DNA of 63,938 bases, counting the filler, from an uncultured bacterium (GTDB taxonomy: Bacteria; Hinthialibacterota; Hinthialibacteria; Hinthialibacterales; Hinthialibacteraceae), in the NCBI GenBank assembly GCA_964449065.1. It is 7 parts of 7 records of this genome, joined end to end, with 100 filler letters (N's around TTAATTAATTAA, not from the genome) between each part and the next. Parts side by side here need not be neighbours in the genome. Positions count along the whole stretch, not along the records: positions 9,925 to 19,667 come from CAYVAZ010000194.1; positions 19,768 to 29,490 come from CAYVAZ010000195.1; 5 more parts are not named here. One strand, given 5' to 3'. The translations under genes were made by a program, and so were the position numbers. Positions 18,678 through 27,745 of this stretch are shown in pieces. The notes under the pieces are model-generated. The model had not been told where the DNA came from, did no database searches, and saw only the letters and a list, made by a program, of their open reading frames with translations. Within the stretch, counting starts at the first letter, position 1; each line of letters opens with the position of its first letter.

Positions 18678-18914
18678 ATGAAAACCGCTGAAGACGTTAT
18701 AAACGACATCAAACGATTGCCGCCGGATGAATACAGTAAAGTGGAAGCGTTTTTTCAGCTGACAGAAAATGGTTTCACACCGGAAGAAGAGGAAGAAATA
18801 CTTCGACGTATAGATGATGTAAACAAAGGAATCAATCTTAGCCCCGAATTTAATTCAGTAGACGAAATGTTTACATACATCAAGCAAGAGCTGCAGCGTG
18901 AAGATCAAGCTTGA
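18678..18914 (+). CDS. Putative antitoxin-like small acidic protein
   Basis: 78 aa, FTPEEEEEILRRIDDVNKG...FNSVDEM; overlaps a short RelE-like start at 18898. Confidence 0.55.
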   Translation: MKTAEDVINDIKRLPPDEYSKVEAFFQLTENGFTPEEEEEILRRIDDVNKGINLSPEFNSVDEMFTYIKQELQREDQA

Positions 18915-18947
18915 AAAGCCGTATTTGAAAGATTTTCGGGAGATTGT

Positions 18948-19130
18948 TTATTTTAATGATTCTGTTTTTTCAGATTGAGAAGGCTGTTTTTGAATAGCAA
19001 GATCATAGTTCTCTTGTAATTCACGCCTGGCATATTCTTCCGCGATGAGTTCCGTTGCACGTGTTTCTACTTCTTTGCGCTCCTCAGGGGGTAGTGCTTT
19101 CATTATTTCTTCGAGTGAAGTATTCGTCAT
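18948..19130 (-). pseudogene. HigA-type antitoxin, truncated before the HTH domain
   Basis: SLEEIMKALPPEERKEVETRATELIAEE matches HigA N-termini; only 60 aa, no Xre HTH. Confidence 0.6.
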
Positions 19131-19133
19131 GTA

Positions 19134-19493
19134 TCAACTCCCCTTTTGCAATTGGTTTAAATGATCTAATAGCCGTTGATCGGCCTTTTGAATCAACTGT
19201 TTATAAAATAGTCCGGAACTACTTCCTGTTTTGTTTCCGGCAACCAGTAATATCGCATGGCGCAATGGGTCAAATGCAAATGCCACCCGCCAAACGCCAT
19301 CATGAACTTGAACCCGAAGTTCCTTCATATTGGGGAATTGTGAACCGTTTAAGGTATCGACATGAGGCCTGCCCAAAGTAGGACCAAACTGTTTAAGCAA
19401 ATACATATGAGCCAGCATCTCCTTTCGAACATCTTTGGGCAATTGAATAAATTCGGGTTTAAATGCCTGGTGATATTCTACAATCCACTCCAT
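19134..19493 (-). CDS. HigB/RelE-family (Gp49-like) toxin
   Basis: FGPTLGRPHVDTLNGSQFPNMKELR...WRVAFAFDPLRHAILLVAGNK. Confidence 0.9.
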   Translation of the reverse strand: MEWIVEYHQAFKPEFIQLPKDVRKEMLAHMYLLKQFGPTLGRPHVDTLNGSQFPNMKELRVQVHDGVWRVAFAFDPLRHAILLVAGNKTGSSSGLFYKQLIQKADQRLLDHLNQLQKGS

Positions 19494-19667
19494 TTAAATT
19501 ATCTCAAGTCCGCACAATACCGCCCACAAATTTTTACTAGCCGCTTGGATGTTACAGAATATACTACCCTAATCATTTCACTGCCAGAGCGTTAAAGCGT
19601 TAATAAATGAAGTACTTCTCATTTGTTGGAGCATTTTCTTTTATTATTTCCTCTTGATTCCGTTCTG

Positions 19668-19767
19668 NNNNNNNNNNNNNNNNNNNNNNNNNNNNNNNNN
19701 NNNNNNNNNNNTTAATTAATTAANNNNNNNNNNNNNNNNNNNNNNNNNNNNNNNNNNNNNNNNNNNN
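19668..19767. other. Artificial contig linker
   Basis: 100 nt of N with central TTAATTAATTAA. Confidence 0.98.
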
Positions 19768-19811
19768 CTCCCTTTGGGAGAAGATAAGAGATGAGGGCGA
19801 TGAGAGCGATT

Positions 19812-19890
19812 GCTCCCTATGAAGCAGTAGCGTAATTAGAGGTTTATTCCTCCCAAACTCTCACCCCGGCCCTCTCCCGGTGGGCTGAGG
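19812..19890. repeat. ~80-bp REP-like repeat (inverted copy of 16703-16782)
   Basis: GCTCCCTATGA.GCA.TAGC...TTAGAGG...CTCACCCCG.CCCTCTCCC alignment seen by eye. Confidence 0.7.
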
Positions 19891-20012
19891 TTTACCCACA
19901 ACTATTACCAGGGCGTTGCTCTTGATTATGTCAGATTACACATTTAGGGCTTTTTCGTTATTTATAGCGGTGTTGCCAACAATACGTTCGGATTGGAATA
20001 AAGCGTACTTCC

Positions 20013-20035
20013 GGCTCGGCGGGAGCCTCGCCCTC
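20013..20035. repeat. 23-bp REP-like repeat
   Basis: GGCTCGGCGGGAGCCTCGCCCTC; exact reverse complement at 48771-48793. Confidence 0.75.
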
Positions 20036-20071
20036 CCAAAAAATATTGTTGGGACAACTTTTTTCGAGATT

Positions 20072-20221
20072 ATACCAATTGCAATTTGGATTTCTGAGAA
20101 AGTGGTATTAGCAAACGGGACGCCTGCACTACAACCAGCCAAAGAATCGTTGTAGTGTAGGCATCATGCCTGCATATGGTTTGAGTTTTTTTTACTCGGT
20201 GTTCCTATTTGCAATTGGTAT
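20072..20221. mobile_element. MITE-like element, family C
   Basis: Perfect 13-bp terminal IR ATACCAATTGCAA/TTGCAATTGGTAT; internal IR GCCTGCACTACAA/TTGTAGTGTAGGC. Confidence 0.65.
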
Positions 20222-20236
20222 TATATACCGGGTAGC

Positions 20237-20292
20237 ACCGGCTTCCAGCCGGTTTTTCCACCTTGACGCACCGGCTGGAAGCCGATGCTCCC
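20237..20292. repeat. REP-like inverted pair
   Basis: ACCGGCTTCCAGCCGGT followed by ACCGGCTGGAAGCCG. Confidence 0.6.
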
Positions 20293-20334
20293 TTTTAATG
20301 GAGAATCACACAGAATTTATTTGAATCCGTATAA

Positions 20335-20500
20335 GTGAACGCCGGTGAGAACATTACTCTGCTTGAGAATGGTGAACCCATAACAAAACTTGTTCCCACT
20401 TCAAAATCACTTCATTCAAAACAGGCACCCGGAATAATGGCGGGTATTAAAATATCAGATGATTTTGACGATCCATTGCTGGATCATTTTATATTTCCGT
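20335..20500 (+). pseudogene. Phd/YefM-type antitoxin remnant, 5' part missing
   Basis: GENITLLENGEPITKLVP...PGIMAGIKISDDFDDPL; no cognate toxin follows; end coordinate approximate. Confidence 0.55.
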
Positions 20501-20676
20501 GGGTGAAAACGCTAAACCGTGAATCCGATTTCTTTTCCTCAAAACTGTGTCCTCCGGTTTGTTATACCTTGCCATTCCCGGTAAAAACATGACACAATTG
20601 AATCTTCATTTTGAAGAATCTGCAATCATGATTCAAAATGGAATTGCAGGTTTGAACCTAAATGGAGAGGTTTATC

Positions 20677-22110
20677 ATGGTCAACCGCAGAAACTTTCTT
20701 CACACCAGCGCAAGCATATCGGCAGGAATGGCATTCCCTTTCATTTCCAATGCCGCAAATCGAGATTCGAAGCCCAACATCATCTTCATCATGGCGGATG
20801 ACCTGGGGTACGGCCATCTGGGGTGCTATGGGCAAAAGAAAATCCGTACGCCCTTTCTGGATCAAATGGCGGAAGAGGGAATACGGTTTACGCAGTGTTA
20901 TTCCGGAGCGCCGGTCTGCGCCCCCAGCCGCAGTGTTTTGATGACCGGGCTTCATGGCGGGCATACCCCGGTGCGCGGCAACTCGGGTGGGATACCGTTT
21001 GAACCGGGCGAAGGAACCGTTGCGGAAACGTTGCAAGAAGCGGGATACACCACTGGCTTGTTTGGCAAATGGGGGCTGGGTGAGCACGGCACAACCGGTG
21101 TGCCTTACAAACAAGGATTTGATGAGTTTTTCGGTTGGCTGCATCAGATTCACGCGCATTTTTACTATCCGACTTACCTTTGGCATAACGATCAGAAGTA
21201 CTGGTTGAAAGACAATGACGGTTTCAGCGGCCAATACGCGCATGATGTCGTCATGAAAAAAGCCATGGATTTTGTGAAGCAAAACGCGAAAAAACCGAAA
21301 CCGTTTTTCTTATATCTGCCGTTTTGCATTCCCCATTATGAGTTGCTGGTTCCAGAGGATTCACTGGAAGAATACAGAGGCGAGTTCCCTGAAACAGCCT
21401 ATACCGGACGGCGAGAGAAAGTTGGGTACCCGCACGATTACGCAGCGCAATCCCACCCCAAAGCTGCCATCGCCGCGATGATAACCCGCATGGACCGCAA
21501 CTTGGGACGATTGTTCGCTTTATTAAAAGAATTGGGGATCGAAGATAACACGCTGATCTTCTTTACGTCTGACAATGGCCCTTCTTACGGCCCTGGCGAC
21601 CCGCAATTTTTTAATGCCAGCGGAGGATTGCGGGGAGTGAAAACCTCTTTGTATGAAGGGGGGATCCGTGTGCCGATGATCGCGAAATGGCCGGGACGTA
21701 TTCAAGCGGGATCGACTACCGAACATCCCTGTTACTTCCCGGATGTCATGCCGACGCTGGCGGATATCGCTGAAATTGATCCCCCTGCAAACCACGATGG
21801 GCTTTCGTTTGCAAATACCCTGCTGGGATACAGCAACCAACCAAAGCATGATGTGATGTATTGGGAAATGGGAGAAGATAAGCGTGCCGTACGGTTCGGC
21901 GATTGGAAAGCGGTTCAAAGCAAACGTGAAGAAACCGGTGAACGGTTTTTTGAACTGTATAACTTGGCGGAGGATATGGGCGAACGCCGCAATCTTGCCT
22001 ACATCAACCCGGATATTGTAGAACAAGCCAAACGGTTAATGGAGCAAGAACATGAACCTATGCGCCCGCAGATTGAGCCGGAACCGCCGGAGGGCAGGCA
22101 GTATCAGTAA
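20677..22110 (+). CDS. Arylsulfatase (Cys-type, FGly-dependent), Tat signal
   Basis: NRRNFL Tat motif; PNIIFIMADDLG; CAPSR; GKWGLG; SDNG; YEGGIRVP. Confidence 0.93.
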   Translation: MVNRRNFLHTSASISAGMAFPFISNAANRDSKPNIIFIMADDLGYGHLGCYGQKKIRTPFLDQMAEEGIRFTQCYSGAPVCAPSRSVLMTGLHGGHTPVRGNSGGIPFEPGEGTVAETLQEAGYTTGLFGKWGLGEHGTTGVPYKQGFDEFFGWLHQIHAHFYYPTYLWHNDQKYWLKDNDGFSGQYAHDVVMKKAMDFVKQNAKKPKPFFLYLPFCIPHYELLVPEDSLEEYRGEFPETAYTGRREKVGYPHDYAAQSHPKAAIAAMITRMDRNLGRLFALLKELGIEDNTLIFFTSDNGPSYGPGDPQFFNASGGLRGVKTSLYEGGIRVPMIAKWPGRIQAGSTTEHPCYFPDVMPTLADIAEIDPPANHDGLSFANTLLGYSNQPKHDVMYWEMGEDKRAVRFGDWKAVQSKREETGERFFELYNLAEDMGERRNLAYINPDIVEQAKRLMEQEHEPMRPQIEPEPPEGRQYQ

Positions 22111-22287
22111 ACGGTTAGGATTAAGAGGCAAACAGAAAGCAACTGTGGGCTGCAATGAATAATATATATAAAGACATCAGTATGATCATACTTTTAAAAC
22201 AAAAGTGCCTTCGCGTGTTTTAAAGAACGAACCCACTCTGTCTTGCTTAGATTAATGTATAATAACATAGAAAAGGGAATTAAAAAC

Positions 22288-22767
22288 ATGAAATCTACCG
22301 TTTAAATTGAAACAACAATTCCCTCTTTTTATTACGAAACACGGGAATCTCCCGAATGTATAGCTATGCGCAATTGGACAAGAATTTGGTGGGATCATTA
22401 CAAATTCAAATATCAATGCTATTCATCAGAAGCGACATTCAATGAATTGGAAGATGGTGAGCATCCCGAAAAAGAGAATAAATTGGAATTGATAACGGAT
22501 GATGTAGAGTTACTTGAAATTAATCATGCTATTCAAGAAATTGTTGAGGTGTATATATCAAATTATTTGATGCCTCAAAACAATCTTGGCGATGCTTTGC
22601 ACCTCGCGGTAGCGTCTTTTAACAAAATAGATTTTCTTTTAACCTGGAATTGCACCCATTTGGCAAACGCAAATTAAAACGCGCATATCAGAAGAATCAA
22701 CGAGAAGTTGCGGATATTCACACCCGATATAGTTACCCCGTTTGAATTGATGGAGGATTCAACATGA
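22288..22767 (+). pseudogene. PIN-domain (VapC-like) toxin with two in-frame TAA stops
   Basis: MKSTV*IETTIPSFYYE...DALHLAVAS...DFLLTWNCTHLANAN*NAHIRRIN...IVTPFEL; TAA at 22303 and 22675. Confidence 0.8.
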
Positions 22768-22916
22768 AAAACATGAAGACCATAGAAGAAATCAGAAAAG
22801 TACGTGAGGATATATCACGGAAATGTGACTATGACCCGAAAAAATTAGTTGCGTATTACATGAAACGTCAGGAAAAGAGAAAATCAGCAAAGAAATCATC
22901 CGAACAAGACCAGTAA
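22764..22916 (+). CDS. Small basic protein coupled to the PIN gene (putative antitoxin), 50 aa
   Basis: GGAGG RBS; ATGA overlap; TIEEIRKVREDISRKCDYDPKKLVAYY. Not in the ORF track. Confidence 0.65.
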   Translation: MKNMKTIEEIRKVREDISRKCDYDPKKLVAYYMKRQEKRKSAKKSSEQDQ

Positions 22917-22968
22917 AACATGTTGATCTATAACTGTATGGAGTCCACCACATCTCCATGACGCTGTA

Positions 22969-23031
22969 GAGCATGACTCCAAACATCCGCAAATCGAACC
23001 GGAACCGCCGGAGGCCAGGCCGTATCAGTGA
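22969..23031 (+). repeat. Degenerate direct repeat of the sulfatase 3' end (22048-22110)
   Basis: Encodes EHDSKHPQIEPEPPEARPYQ* versus EHEPMRPQIEPEPPEGRQYQ*. Confidence 0.8.
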
Positions 23032-23054
23032 AGGGATTTTCTTACTATCAAGAG

Positions 23055-23222
23055 CAGCGGGCTGGGGATCTCCATCGCCAAAGAGTTGGCAAAGAGTTGG
23101 TTGAAATGCATGGGGGGAGTATCATGGTAGAGAGAGAATTGGGGAAAGGGACGACGTTTCGGCTTATCTTACCGGTTCAATCGAATCCAGCGGAATCTGC
23201 TGAAAACGGGAATCAGACGTGA
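23055..23222 (+). pseudogene. Histidine kinase HATPase C-terminal fragment
   Basis: GLGISIAKEL followed, after a frame change, by KELVEMHGGSIMVERELGKGTTFRLILP. Confidence 0.7.
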
Positions 23223-23551
23223 GTACCGAGAGAACCATGCACCCTGCCATCCACGAACTGAAGAAGCGGCTGCTGGACCGTTATGGCGAGCGCTTGGTGC
23301 GGTTTATTGTCCACGGCTCTTACGCCCGCGGAGAGCATACGCCCGAATCGGATATCGACATCGTTGTTACATTTAAGGGAAAAGTAGATTCAGATATGGA
23401 ATGGGAGATTTGGAATATTGCTTTCGACGTCGATTTGCAATTTGACGTCGTTTTCGATGTCCAATCTTTTTCAGAAGAAGAAATTCAACATACCATTATT
23501 GGCGCGACTCCTTTTGTGGAAACTGTCTTGGAAGAAGGTATTTGTTTATGA
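23219..23551 (+). CDS. Minimal nucleotidyltransferase (MNT), copy 1
   Basis: VHGSYARGEHTPESDIDI motif. Confidence 0.9.
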   Translation: MSTERTMHPAIHELKKRLLDRYGERLVRFIVHGSYARGEHTPESDIDIVVTFKGKVDSDMEWEIWNIAFDVDLQFDVVFDVQSFSEEEIQHTIIGATPFVETVLEEGICL

Positions 23552-23970
23552 CTCCAGAGCAGCGTAGATCATTATGTATGTACCGGTTGGAATGTTCTAA
23601 AGAATCTATGAAAGCAGCTAACAATCTTTTCAAAGAAGAATTATTGAGGGATACAGCAAACCGCATTTACTATGCTCTTTTTTATTCTGTTAGCGCATTA
23701 GCATTAGCACATGGATTTCAGTCGTCAAAACACACAGCCTTGCAATCGTGGTACAACAAAGAGATTGTAAGAAATGGATTCATCGATGAGAAATTAGGGC
23801 GGTTATACAATTTGGCTGCTGAAACACGAACCAGAGGCGATTACAAAGATTTCGTGAAATTGGATAAGAACAAGATTACAACTATGCTTCAGCAAGTTGA
23901 ACCGTTTATTGAGCGGATTTGTGAATTGATGCTGAACAAGTTGAATGCAGAAGATAGGAACTTGGAATGA
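23548..23970 (+). CDS. HEPN domain protein, copy 1
   Basis: ANRIYYALFYSV...SKH...RTRGDY; ATGA-coupled to MNT. Confidence 0.9.
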   Translation: MTPEQRRSLCMYRLECSKESMKAANNLFKEELLRDTANRIYYALFYSVSALALAHGFQSSKHTALQSWYNKEIVRNGFIDEKLGRLYNLAAETRTRGDYKDFVKLDKNKITTMLQQVEPFIERICELMLNKLNAEDRNLE

Positions 23971-24290
23971 ATACCATGCACCCTGCCATCCACGAACTGA
24001 AGAAGCGGTTGCTGGACCGTTATGGCGGCCGCTTGGTGCGGTTTATTGTCCACGGCTCTTACGCCCGCGGCGAGCATACACCGGATTCGGATATTGATAT
24101 CATGATCTCTTTGACAGGAGATGTAAATTCCCAGACTGAAATCGATATTTGGAATGTCGCTTTAGAAGTTGATATACGATATGATGTTGTGTTTGATGTT
24201 CAAGTTTATTCCGAAGAGGACATTCTCCATACGATTATTGGGGCAACCCCTTATGTTGAAACGGTATTAAAGGAAGGTGTTACCGTATGA
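23967..24290 (+). CDS. Minimal nucleotidyltransferase (MNT), copy 2
   Basis: VHGSYARGEHTPDSDIDI. Confidence 0.9.
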   Translation: MNTMHPAIHELKKRLLDRYGGRLVRFIVHGSYARGEHTPDSDIDIMISLTGDVNSQTEIDIWNVALEVDIRYDVVFDVQVYSEEDILHTIIGATPYVETVLKEGVTV

Positions 24291-24709
24291 CTCCTGAACA
24301 ACAGCGAGAGGTTTGCTTGCACCGGCTAGACCGTTCAAGAGATGCGCTTAAAGAAGCCCAACTATTGTTTTCTGATGAATTCCTTCAAGGAACAAACAAT
24401 CGAATCTATTATGCGCTTTTTTATGCTGTGGGCGCTTTAGCCATTGCCCATGAATTCATCACATCAAAACATACTGGATTGCAATCATGGTATAATAAAA
24501 AAGTTTTGCATAAAGGATTAATCGGGAAGGAGTTAGGACAACTGTAAAACCAAGCCTTTGAATCAAGAAATAAGGGTGATTACAAAGATCTTGTTATACT
24601 CGACAAAGCAACTATCAAAGCCATGCTGCAACAAGCTGATCCGTTCATCGAGCGGATTCGTGAATTGACGCTGAACAAGTTGAATGCAGAAGATAGGAAC
24701 TTGGAATGA
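24287..24709 (+). pseudogene. HEPN domain protein, copy 2, with in-frame TAA at 24545
   Basis: NNRIYYALFYAV...GQL*NQAFESRNKGDY continues in frame to the same C-terminus as copy 1. Confidence 0.85.
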
Positions 24710-24893
24710 ATACCATGCACCCTGCCATCCACGAACTGAAGAAGCGGCTGCTGGACCGTTATGGCGAGCGCTTGGTGCGGTTTATTGTCCACGGTTCCTA
24801 CGCCCGCGGCGAGCACACCCCGGAATCGGATATCGATATCATGATCTCTTTGAATCATCCGGTGGATTATCAATTGAAGTTTGCCATTTGGAA
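24706..24893 (+). pseudogene. MNT copy 3, truncated
   Basis: Same N-terminus and GSYARG/SDID motif; similarity ends after FAIWN; no HEPN follows. Confidence 0.8.
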
Positions 24894-25233
24894 CTGGGAC
24901 GGGACGAACACCGAGCGGTGCTACGTATCGCGGTGGCGGATAAAAAACCGCGCAACAAACTGCGCTATATTCTCGAACAAATCAAACGATGGCCGAAAAT
25001 CATCAACTGCATTGCAGTTGAGCCAGGGTAACCAAAAATGGGGTAAAATCCCGGCGCTTTTCCGCCCTTCTTCCCCCTGCTGACCCGCTTTTGACCCTGG
25101 ATTCTATTGATGAATTGGGGCAGAACCCGCTACAACCCTTGATTCTATTGCCCCTTTACAGTCTTTCTTTGTCTACTGCACGATCTGGGTTTATACATGG
25201 CCGCGCTCCCGCTGTGTCTCCGGGATGAAATCC

Positions 25234-26817
25234 TCATTCTTCCCGGTCAAAATCGGAAGCGTTAATCCATCCCGGTACGCGCCGGTCTCCCGCTTTCTTT
25301 TTGTTATAAAAATCGCGCCATACATCATCCGCGTATTCATACTCATCAAAAATGGTTCCATTGCCCATCACCCGCGGATCGTCCTGATCAAACAGTTCCT
25401 TCAGCATTTGGGCCTTCAGCCGCTCTTTGATCTGCCGGTATTGTGGATGCTCTGCCAAATTGTTCACACAATCCATATCGGTTTTTAAATAATAGAGTTC
25501 CTCATGCGGGCGTTTGCCGAAATTGAGTTCAAAATACTTACCGGGACGCGAATCCCACCGCGTATTCAGCACTTCGGTTTTGGTCGGGCTGCCATCGGTG
25601 TTGAGATACCCCGTGAATGGAGACCCCGCCGGCCAACGGCCGGTTTTGTAATTACTGAGATAGAGGTATCCATCCTTCACAATCCCCCGCACCGGATACC
25701 CCGTGTCATCCTCACGCCCGATGTCGTGCCGCTCTTTTCCGATCAACACATGATCGCGGCTGGGATTTACTCTTCCGTCTTTTGAAGAGGTAAAGATGTC
25801 TGCCAAATCCATCCCTGGACTCGGCTCCATTTCGTCTTCCAAATTCAATCCGGCTGCCGCCAAAAAGGTTGGAGCGAAGTCGATCGAACTTACATAATCA
25901 TCCACCACGCGGCCGGGATTTTGAATCCCGTCTTTCCACATAATCGCCAGCGGCATGTGGTTGGAGTGTTCATACTTTTGCCCCTTCACACGTGGGAAGG
26001 GCATGCCGTTATCGGAGGTCACTACGATGATGGTGTTGTCCAACTCTCCGATGGCTTCCAAATGTTCAAGAATCTTCACCAAGTGGTAATCGAAATGCTC
26101 AATCTCATACGCGTAATCCAACATATCGGTGCGCACAGTCGGGTTATCCGGCCAGAAGGATAGCACGCGGTCTAATTCTTCAGGGTTCTTGCCGCCCTTG
26201 TGAATGCCGGAACCGTATTCATAGCGCCGGTGCGGTTCGTGGCTGCCGTACCAAAAACAGAAGGGTTGGCCGTTGTTTTTATCCGCCATGAATGCTTTGA
26301 AGTTTTCCGTGTAATCTTTATTGCTGATGCTGTTTGTCGGTGATTGTAGTTTTTTATCTTGATAGGGTTTTCCCGTCAGTTGCCGCTTCTTGCCGTCACG
26401 CATCCCGGGGTCACCTGGAGCCCACCCTTTGCCGGTAAACCCGACGTGATAGCCATTCGATTCAAGCGCTTCCGGATAGGTGGCAAACTTTTCCGGGAAG
26501 TAAGGGATATGATTTGCGGCTTCCTCCAACTGCCATGAGTTGCGCCCGGTTAAAATACATGCCCGCGAAGGAGAGCACTTCGCGTTGGGGGTATAGCAGT
26601 GGGTGAAGAGAATCCCCTCTTTCGCGACCCGGTCAAATCCTGGAGTTTTTACCCAGGGGCACCCATAGGCCCCCGCGTGCGGAAACGATTGATCATCGGA
26701 AATACAAAACAGAATGTTGGGACGTGTTGCCTGTGCCAAAGCGCGTTTTGCCAAGAACGGCAGAGTTAAAGCGGCCAGCCCGTCTTGCATAAACCGTCTG
26801 CGTGATGTCGATGTCAT
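25234..26817 (-). CDS. Sulfatase (Cys-type), Tat signal
   Basis: SRRRF Tat motif; PNILFCISDDQ; CSPSR; TSDNGMPFPR. Confidence 0.92.
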   Translation of the reverse strand: MTSTSRRRFMQDGLAALTLPFLAKRALAQATRPNILFCISDDQSFPHAGAYGCPWVKTPGFDRVAKEGILFTHCYTPNAKCSPSRACILTGRNSWQLEEAANHIPYFPEKFATYPEALESNGYHVGFTGKGWAPGDPGMRDGKKRQLTGKPYQDKKLQSPTNSISNKDYTENFKAFMADKNNGQPFCFWYGSHEPHRRYEYGSGIHKGGKNPEELDRVLSFWPDNPTVRTDMLDYAYEIEHFDYHLVKILEHLEAIGELDNTIIVVTSDNGMPFPRVKGQKYEHSNHMPLAIMWKDGIQNPGRVVDDYVSSIDFAPTFLAAAGLNLEDEMEPSPGMDLADIFTSSKDGRVNPSRDHVLIGKERHDIGREDDTGYPVRGIVKDGYLYLSNYKTGRWPAGSPFTGYLNTDGSPTKTEVLNTRWDSRPGKYFELNFGKRPHEELYYLKTDMDCVNNLAEHPQYRQIKERLKAQMLKELFDQDDPRVMGNGTIFDEYEYADDVWRDFYNKKKAGDRRVPGWINASDFDREE

Positions 26818-27142
26818 AATTCTCCCCTGTTTAGCAATGTGATGATTCACCGTATCAGATATTTGAAGAAAAGAGAAGTTAGGGATGGAGATGGATTTAC
26901 GTATTTACGTATTTACGAGGAATGTGTCAGAGGTTCACGCTCTTTCGCGAGTCGTTCGGCAAGAAATATTTTCAGCAGAGATTGATGGGGATCATCCCGC
27001 TTGTTTGCCAAGCGTTGTAATTCTTCCAACCTGCTTTCCGGGAGGCGACTTGATAATCAACAGGGCAAGTGTAAAGAATCTTAATGGTGAAGTAGTTGCT
27101 TCAATTACCCCTTTTCTATCTGGATGCTTTTTATTTATTTTC

Positions 27143-27745
27143 TCAATTGTGTAACGACTGAATGGTTTTCACCCCGCTAATACGCAAGATTATATCTTGA
27201 TAATCGCTTTTATTATTTGGGATTTTCTCATCTTCCCAAAATAATAAGCGCACGTTTTTTTGCCGATTCCCATCAACATATTGCGGGAAGATTTTGACAT
27301 GCCGCATCCCATTATTCTGTGCAGGATCAAGATAGAAGGTGTGGGATTCTTCTCCGAGGGTTTTGATAAAGAAACCGAGGGGTCGGTTGGAAACATCCAG
27401 CGGTGTGGGGATTTGTATGATGTTGTCGGTCATCAAGAGGAGGTGTTCTTGGCCGTCTTGTATCCAGCCGATTTGGATTTGTTTATCTGTGTGTTTGGCG
27501 ATCCAAGTAAGTTGGACATCACCAACCGGTTGGAAGGCTTTTGCGTCAAGAGGGTTTTCGATGACGTCTTGCGGATACCCCCAATCCTGTAAGATTTTCT
27601 CGAGTGTCGGTTCCTGTTTCGCGGCTTCTTCGGCGAGTTGCTGGATGGGATGCCGGATGGAAATATCCATACCGGCATCCCATTGGCATGATGCAACTAT
27701 CCAACAAAACAGAAGCGTTAATAAAACAACGTGACGAACACTCAT
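27143..27745 (-). CDS. Putative lipoprotein with DUF4114-like C-terminus
   Basis: Lipobox-like IVASC; FWED...DYQDIILRISGV. Confidence 0.6.
   Translation of the reverse strand: MSVRHVVLLTLLFCWIVASCQWDAGMDISIRHPIQQLAEEAAKQEPTLEKILQDWGYPQDVIENPLDAKAFQPVGDVQLTWIAKHTDKQIQIGWIQDGQEHLLLMTDNIIQIPTPLDVSNRPLGFFIKTLGEESHTFYLDPAQNNGMRHVKIFPQYVDGNRQKNVRLLFWEDEKIPNNKSDYQDIILRISGVKTIQSLHN

Noticed and set aside
22288..24709. TAA stop-codon reassignment (e.g. to Tyr)
   Set aside because: TAA terminates intact genes on the same contig (sulfatase at 22108-22110) and on sister contigs; each internal TAA is one substitution from the expected codon, so pseudogenisation is simpler.
23219..24893. CRISPR array or DGR as the explanation for the periodic repeats (also the Uma2 pair)
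   Set aside because: The units are whole coding genes of more than 700 bp, differences are not adenine-specific, and no cas or reverse transcriptase gene is present.
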